Assembly (NCBI GenBank): GCA_002269645.1
Contig: NIVC01002241.1
Coordinates: 62,001-126,000 of the forward strand
From: Macrostomum lignano
Lineage: Eukaryota
DNA length: 64,000 bases
Direction of reading: 5' to 3'
The position numbers and the translations under genes were made by a program. The notes beneath the pieces are model-generated. The model had not been told where the DNA came from. It worked only from the letters and a program-made list of their open reading frames with translations, and searched no databases. Within the stretch, counting starts at the first letter, position 1; each line of letters begins with the position of its first letter. Positions 58,077 to 64,000 of the stretch are shown piece by piece.

Positions 58077-58789
58077 TGAACTTGTTCGCCCGCGTTAAGC
58101 TCTGAAGTTTTTGGAGCAACTCTAGCAATTGACATATACAAAGTCCACGATAAGAAATTAAGGCGAACCCATGTCCAAAATGGAATTTCTAGTCTAAGTA
58201 GCAACATCGACTGAGGACAATGTAGTAAAATCTAGGAAAATGCAGGCCTTAGGAAGAAACACTTTTAAAAGCATATTGAATCTGAATTATAAATTAAATA
58301 CCATATTTAAAAACAAAAATTTCGTCATTCATGATTAGTGTGACTAAAAGATTATGCTATATTTTGCTTTGCAATTTACATGTACGTTAAAGCCTACATA
58401 TATTCAATATTCCTAAAATTATTCCGACATAAAATAATTTAAATAAAACATTGTCTCAATGACCAAATCCAAGCAAATATTTTTAACCGTACCTTCAGTA
58501 CTAAAAAACTGTCTTCTTTTATTTTTACTTTCTTTTTGAGCTAACAAGACTGCGTTTAGTCGATGCAAATTCTATTAGAAATTCAACCTAAACATGCCAT
58601 GAGACCATCTCTTATTATGTCGATATCATTAGTACAGACTCCTTTTCATTACAAGTTATTTTTCAGCTATGAATAGACTACGTAACGCGTATAATGTTGT
58701 TGATTTTCAGAATTCTGACGCAAAAAACGCAAATTATACTACTATCTGAAAATGAAGTAAGTAGTATACAAAAACGCTATCCTAAGCGT

Positions 58790-59110
58790 GATTCAATATG
58801 TAGTTGTAATAATCCATGTGCTCATATTAATTCCATGTACATTAATCCCTATCTATCTCAAATTGTACATTAATTCCATGTACATTAATCCCTATCCCAA
58901 ATTGTCTATCCCCAATTCTACATGTACACTCACATTAATCTACAGTGTCATCCCCGTAGTCATAATAATCCATGTGCTCATATTAATTCCATGTACATTA
59001 ATCCCTATCTATCCCAAATTGGATATGTACATTAATTCCATGTACATTAATCCCTAACTCAAATGTCCATGTCTATATCCCCAATTCTATATGTATGCAG
59101 TATGTGCATT
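58790..59110. repeat. Degenerate tandem repeat (ATTAATTCCATGTACATTAATCCCTATC core)
   Basis: Core recurs 4 times plus longer duplicated blocks. Confidence 0.75.
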
Positions 59111-59669
59111 AATCTACAGTGTCATCCCCAGCGCGCGCGCGCACCAAAATTACAACTCGAAACCCTACTACATGTACAGTGTACAATCTCATCTACTACT
59201 ACCAAATGAGTCAACTAATTGTGTAGCCTACAACGTAAATGTATATTTCCAATGTACATTTCTCAGACATTTGAATAATACGGGTCGGAGTCTATATGTA
59301 CATCGATAGCCTCTATACTCATATCCGCTACATACCCCAAAAATTAGGTATGTACATTTTCACCCTCGGAGAATGTAGGTTTGAATATGCTGATAATTTA
59401 TTCGAAATCACTTATAAAATACACATACTTTCATATAGAGGCGGGCCTGTACAAACTCTCGCCAAGCGATGGGGTGGAGTTTGCGTCATCCAAGCCTCTC
59501 CCAAGTCTGCCCCCCAAATACAAGACTGTGTTGAAGCAGTGCTTTATATTTCTATTGACAGTGGGTATGATACAAGACGCTTCGTCGCGCTTTAATTACA
59601 GTAAACCATCCCCTCGAAGCTCCTATACTGAATGCTGAATCACCCTTTAACTCGGACCATAGTCAAATT

Positions 59670-61890
59670 CAACCCTGTTCGAAAACAGCCACCCCTCCGA
59701 TGTTTACCAGACACAGCGCAGACCCCATAACAAATCGAGCTAAATTTTAACACTCGCCCCTGTTCTCTCTGTCCCCCCTTCTAAATGCCAAGGAATTTCG
59801 ACCCTCTCTCCATTTTCAGTGTACAAACAGATCTTTCCACAGCACAGACCTATATTAAACTTCAAAACCCCTCTCTTCTCCGATTACGTCATCCATGCCG
59901 CCCCAGATAGCAAGAAACCAACTTTTAATGCACACATCAACCCCGCGAATCTGAGCAAATCCGAGTCCGCCAACCTCTACCTACATTGACAAACCCCAGC
60001 TGCATTTGTAAATGTACACAGCCTATGAATCAGTGTCTCCACCGCATGCAATTCTGATTTACTTGATTCTGAAATTTGTAAAATGTATAAGTCACCCTTG
60101 CGTTTACTAGAAGTAGTGAAGTCCACAAATTTAAATACGTGAGGCTATTCAATTCTGCCTCTCCGCCTCCCCTACCTTCTCACTTCAAGCTTTCAGACTT
60201 GGTCTTTGAGACGGTTTAATCTGTTAGAAGCAGGAATGAATCATGCACTGACCTCTCCATACAAAGTAATGTTGGAATTTCAAACAATAAATTTGGTTAT
60301 TTTGAAAGCTAAATGACTAGAAATGCACATTTTTCATTAAAATGCAGCTTTTCACAGTTTTTATGCATTTTTACGTTAAAATGCAGACTTTGTTGATCAA
60401 AATCAGTAGTTTCATCACTAGAAACCATACTTTCAACAGCTAATTTGTCCAAATGTCGCTTTCAACTTGACCTTAGACAGCTTTTAAGCAGGAATGAACC
60501 CCACACAAACATCCACAAGCCAGCCCAAAATCAGCCAAAGACATGGCTATTGAAGCCTAAATTGCTAGAAATGAGCATTTTTTCATAAGAAAATACAATT
60601 TTTCACAGTTTTTATGCATTTTTACGTTAAAATGCAGACTTTGGCGACAGCGGGCGGAGGGTGGCCGGACCGTGACTGTGCGCAGCACAGTCCCTGTCTC
60701 TACTGCCGCCTCCGCCCGCGCCGCCGCCTCTCAATGAATGTAAAATAGGAGTGTTAGTTCATGTATTAATGCTCCTTGACCTGCAAAAATTATACGGTTG
60801 CTAGGCAGTGTCGTAACACAGGACATGCGTTTTTCTGTAAAGTAATAATAACCCCACCATTAATATAGACAGTTGGTCGTGTAAACGAATGATTTGAAAG
60901 TTTAGTCTATGTTTTACAAAATGTCTCTATGAAAACTCATCTTCCTACTGACAGTAGAGCTTGCAAAAATCAGTTCTTGGAAGAATGCGACATTTTCGTG
61001 AAAATATTTAAACTGCTATATTGGTCCTATGACAGATTTTTATTGAGAAACTATCGTCATTTCCCCAGAGAAAGATAAACATGTGAAGCTTTCGTGAAGA
61101 TTACATCTTCATACTACGGGTATCAAATTTTCCTGTATTTGACTGAACGTACGTGCATTTAGTCATAGTCGGGGGAGTGCTTCAACCATTTCTCAGGTTT
61201 AAATCGGCTGCCGCTTGCATATGTACATCACATGTAAATGAACATGTGGTAAATCTGATGAGGAACTATGCACACATGCGCGAGTTGCCCCGGAAAGAGC
61301 TGAGATTGATGGATAATGAAAAATCAGTAGGAAAGAGAGAATGAGGCTGCGTGACCACCCACCCCATTATCCTGTCTTTCCGTTGCATGGCAGCACGTAA
61401 TTAAATGTGTCAAGTGTACAATTGATTCAATCGATTACTCGTTTATACGCAAAGCATCGAGAGGTTTTTAATTGCATCCAAACTTTCTGACTAATGCCTT
61501 CGTGTGTTCCAAAGAAGGAGACACTGATTCATAGGGTGTGTACATTGACAAATGCAATTACAGCACGCAGGGTAGGGTTGGCTTTGGTAGACGCGCGGAT
61601 TTGCTTGGTTCGCATTGTTCATATATGTGCATCGAAATTTTTTTCTTGCTAACTGCTTCTATGGGGAGGTGGATGACGTAATCAAGATAGGGTTTTGGTT
61701 GGAGGAGGCTCAATATATGGGTCCGTGCTGTGAAGATATCTGTTTGTACACTGAAGTTGGAGAGGTAGGGGTCGGAATTCCTTGACAGTTAGAAATGGTA
61801 AGGTCAGAGAGACAGGGACGAGTGGTTCTGTTCTACATGGGTCTGTGCTGTGAAGACGAGTCTAATATGACCATTGGGTGTTGGCTGTTT
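59670..61890. mobile_element. Old inverted-repeat pair (about 59670-60040 and 61515-61890), possible non-autonomous TIR/foldback element
   Basis: Shared blocks in opposite orientation, e.g. TTCAGTGTACAAACAGAT, GATTACGTCATCCA, GCATTTGT(A/C)AATGTACAC...CCTATGAATCAGTGTCTCC. Confidence 0.55.
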
Positions 61891-62054
61891 TGCCAATTCA
61901 GTAATATACTAAACCTGTCCAGCTGTTTGCCGCATGAGTCACTTTTCTCGGTGGGTGCAGAAGGAGAGAGAGAGAGAGGTCTGGGAGGGACAGTTTAAAT
62001 GTCAATCGAAATCAACGGGCCGCTTCGCCGACTGTATATGTTAAAATTATTATA

Positions 62055-63808
62055 CGAGGGATGTTCCATAAGTACTTATACTTTTGCATGCTGCTCAGGA
62101 ACTACGCAACCAATCATTGTAAGTTTTATGTCGCTGGAAAGCGGCTTTACTCATCTTTAATCTGTCGCCAAAATCATTTCGTTCTGTCAACTATGTCAAA
62201 AGTTACAACAAATAACGTAGTCAAAGGTCACCCATAGACTTACAAGAAATTTAAAGAGCAACAACTACAATGGCAAGCATGAAAACAGAGGCGCGTTGTT
62301 GATGACAGAAAGTTTGACTTCTTTGTCACTCATCCTCAGTCGGTACCGACACCTTCTCAACGTAGTTTCCACCGGAGTTGATGCACTTGGTCCACCTGTT
62401 AAACATGCTTTTGATGGCTTCTGCGTACAGCTGTCGGGGGATGACATACAGCAGAATTCTGCGGACTTCCTCCTCGATCTGGTTCCTGGTCTCGTACACG
62501 CGTCCTTTCAGATGGCGCTTCAACTCTGGAAATAAAGCAAAGTCTGCTGGTGCCAGGTCTGGAGAGTAAGGAGGGTGAGGTAGAAGATGGAGCTTCAGCT
62601 TGCTGATTGCCTCGACTGTCTTTTGTGCTGTATGAGGCCTTGCATTGTCATGATGAAGAATGAAAGGTCTGGGATTTTCACGACGCTTGTTCTGGATGTC
62701 ATGATGCAGCTTTGTTAGCGTTTCAACGTAGCGCTCAGAGTTTATTGTAGTGTTTGGCTCCAAAAACTCGACAGTTAGAGGACCATTGCAGTCGAAAAAC
62801 AGAGACAGCATGATCTTCTTTCCATGTGCGTCCCTTTGAGCTTTTACCGGAGGATCAGAGCCCTTCAGCATCCAGACCTGGGAATCACGTTTCGTTGGTG
62901 GATCAAAATGGGGAATCCAGGTTTCATCTCCAGTGACTATCATTCGATGGAAGAGATCCCAACCACCGTATTCTTCCATCATCCGAATATTGGCCTGACA
63001 AATCTGCTGCCTCTGCAGTCTCAAGTCCGAGGTGAGTAGGCGTGGCACCCAACGAGCAGTCAGCTTGACAAAGTCCATGCGCGACAAGCAGCGATGCACA
63101 GTTGTGCTCGGCGTGTCCAGTCTATCTGCAATCTGTCGAATCGTTAGCCGACAATCTTCGTCCAGCAGATCAAGAATTCGATCGGTGAGAGCATCAGAGC
63201 CTGATGTGCAGGGGCGGCCCGACCTCGGCAAATCAGCAACATTGGTCCTTCCTGCTTCGAACTGCTCAACCCAGTTGTAGACGGTCATCCTGCTCACCGC
63301 ATTAGCTCCATGAATGTTGCATAAATCCGCATAAATCTCTGATCGCTTTTTTCCGAGTTTCCAGAGGGTAAAAATTGCAGCGCGCTGTCCTTCCCTTGAG
63401 TTCACATCCATGGTGATGCAGCAGCAGCCAAGGTGGTGAAACTTTACAAGATTAAGATGCTGTGATCTTAAGATTAAGATGCTGTGAAAGCTTAGGCCAG
63501 TATTTTCCATAGACGAAAAGGGTGTGGCATTCGCTTATGAAGCAAAAAAGAATGCATTATGTAGAATCCAAAATAACTCTGCGTGCTGAACTTTGAAGTT
63601 TTGATTTTGAAAATTTCTTGTAAGTCTATGGGTGACCTTTGACTACGTTTTTTGTTGTAACTTTTGACATAGTTGACAGAACGAAATGATTTTGGCGACA
63701 GATTAAAGATGAGTAAAGCCGCTTTCCAGCGACATAAAACTTACAATGATTGGTTGCGTAGTTCCTGAGCAGCATGCAAAAGTATAAGTACTTATGGAAC
63801 ATCCCTCG
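62055..63808 (-). mobile_element. Full-length mariner (Tc1/mariner DD34D) transposon, 1754 bp, 198-bp TIRs
   Basis: TIRs 62055-62252 and 63611-63808 differ at 1 position and begin CGAGGG; TA at 62053-62054; intact transposase inside. Confidence 0.96.
62326..63411 (-). CDS. Mariner transposase, 361 aa (likely start MDVNSREG at 63411)
   Basis: HTH region, WVPRLL, TGDETW, HDNARPH, YSPDLAPAD; 34 residues between the 2nd and 3rd Asp (DD34D); no stops or frameshifts. Confidence 0.96.
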   Translation of the reverse strand: MDVNSREGQRAAIFTLWKLGKKRSEIYADLCNIHGANAVSRMTVYNWVEQFEAGRTNVADLPRSGRPCTSGSDALTDRILDLLDEDCRLTIRQIADRLDTPSTTVHRCLSRMDFVKLTARWVPRLLTSDLRLQRQQICQANIRMMEEYGGWDLFHRMIVTGDETWIPHFDPPTKRDSQVWMLKGSDPPVKAQRDAHGKKIMLSLFFDCNGPLTVEFLEPNTTINSERYVETLTKLHHDIQNKRRENPRPFILHHDNARPHTAQKTVEAISKLKLHLLPHPPYSPDLAPADFALFPELKRHLKGRVYETRNQIEEEVRRILLYVIPRQLYAEAIKSMFNRWTKCINSGGNYVEKVSVPTEDE

Positions 63809-64000
63809 GCTTTATAAGCTAGGTTTATAGCAAACTGTACGTTTTAACCCAATATTCAAGAATAATCCCTTCCCTGACTTCTTGAGGGGTATTACACGTA
63901 CCAAATACACACATTTGATGATGAAACAGCATTTTTAAGTTGTAAAAATTATGGTTTCTACTGAATGAAGTGATTCATTTTGTTCAATAAAGTCAGCATT

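Noticed and set aside
63412-63510. 33-aa N-terminal extension of the transposase ORF
   Set aside because: Mariner homology starts at MDVNSREG; the extension runs over a short internal duplication and is probably untranslated.

Overview
Eukaryotic (animal) genomic DNA. Hunchback points to a protostome; GC-rich exons with minisatellite-packed introns resemble free-living flatworm genomes such as Macrostomum, but that is inference. Five host genes can be assembled with GT-AG junctions, all on the minus strand: a divergent cyclin T (3 exons, continues off the left edge), an intronless and highly divergent rhodopsin-type GPCR, hunchback (8 C2H2 fingers, with an apparent one-base frameshift at a G6 run), cysteine dioxygenase (2 exons), and a 7-exon, about 2015-aa DUF4062-NACHT-WD40 (NWD1/2-like) protein that appears to end in a Dpy-30 dimerisation motif. 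Mobile DNA: an intact DD34D mariner with 198-bp TIRs, a 187-bp hAT-type MITE with an 8-bp TSD, two inverted copies of a ~170-bp palindromic element in the cyclin T intron, and an old inverted-repeat pair near 59.7-61.9 kb. About 20 tandem arrays explain most long ORFs in the track. The most unusual signals are the CpG-eroded domain at the 5' end of cyclin T, the hunchback frameshift, the NACHT-WD40/Dpy-30 fusion and the long-TIR mariner lacking its right TA. Splice models were read by eye and need RNA support.
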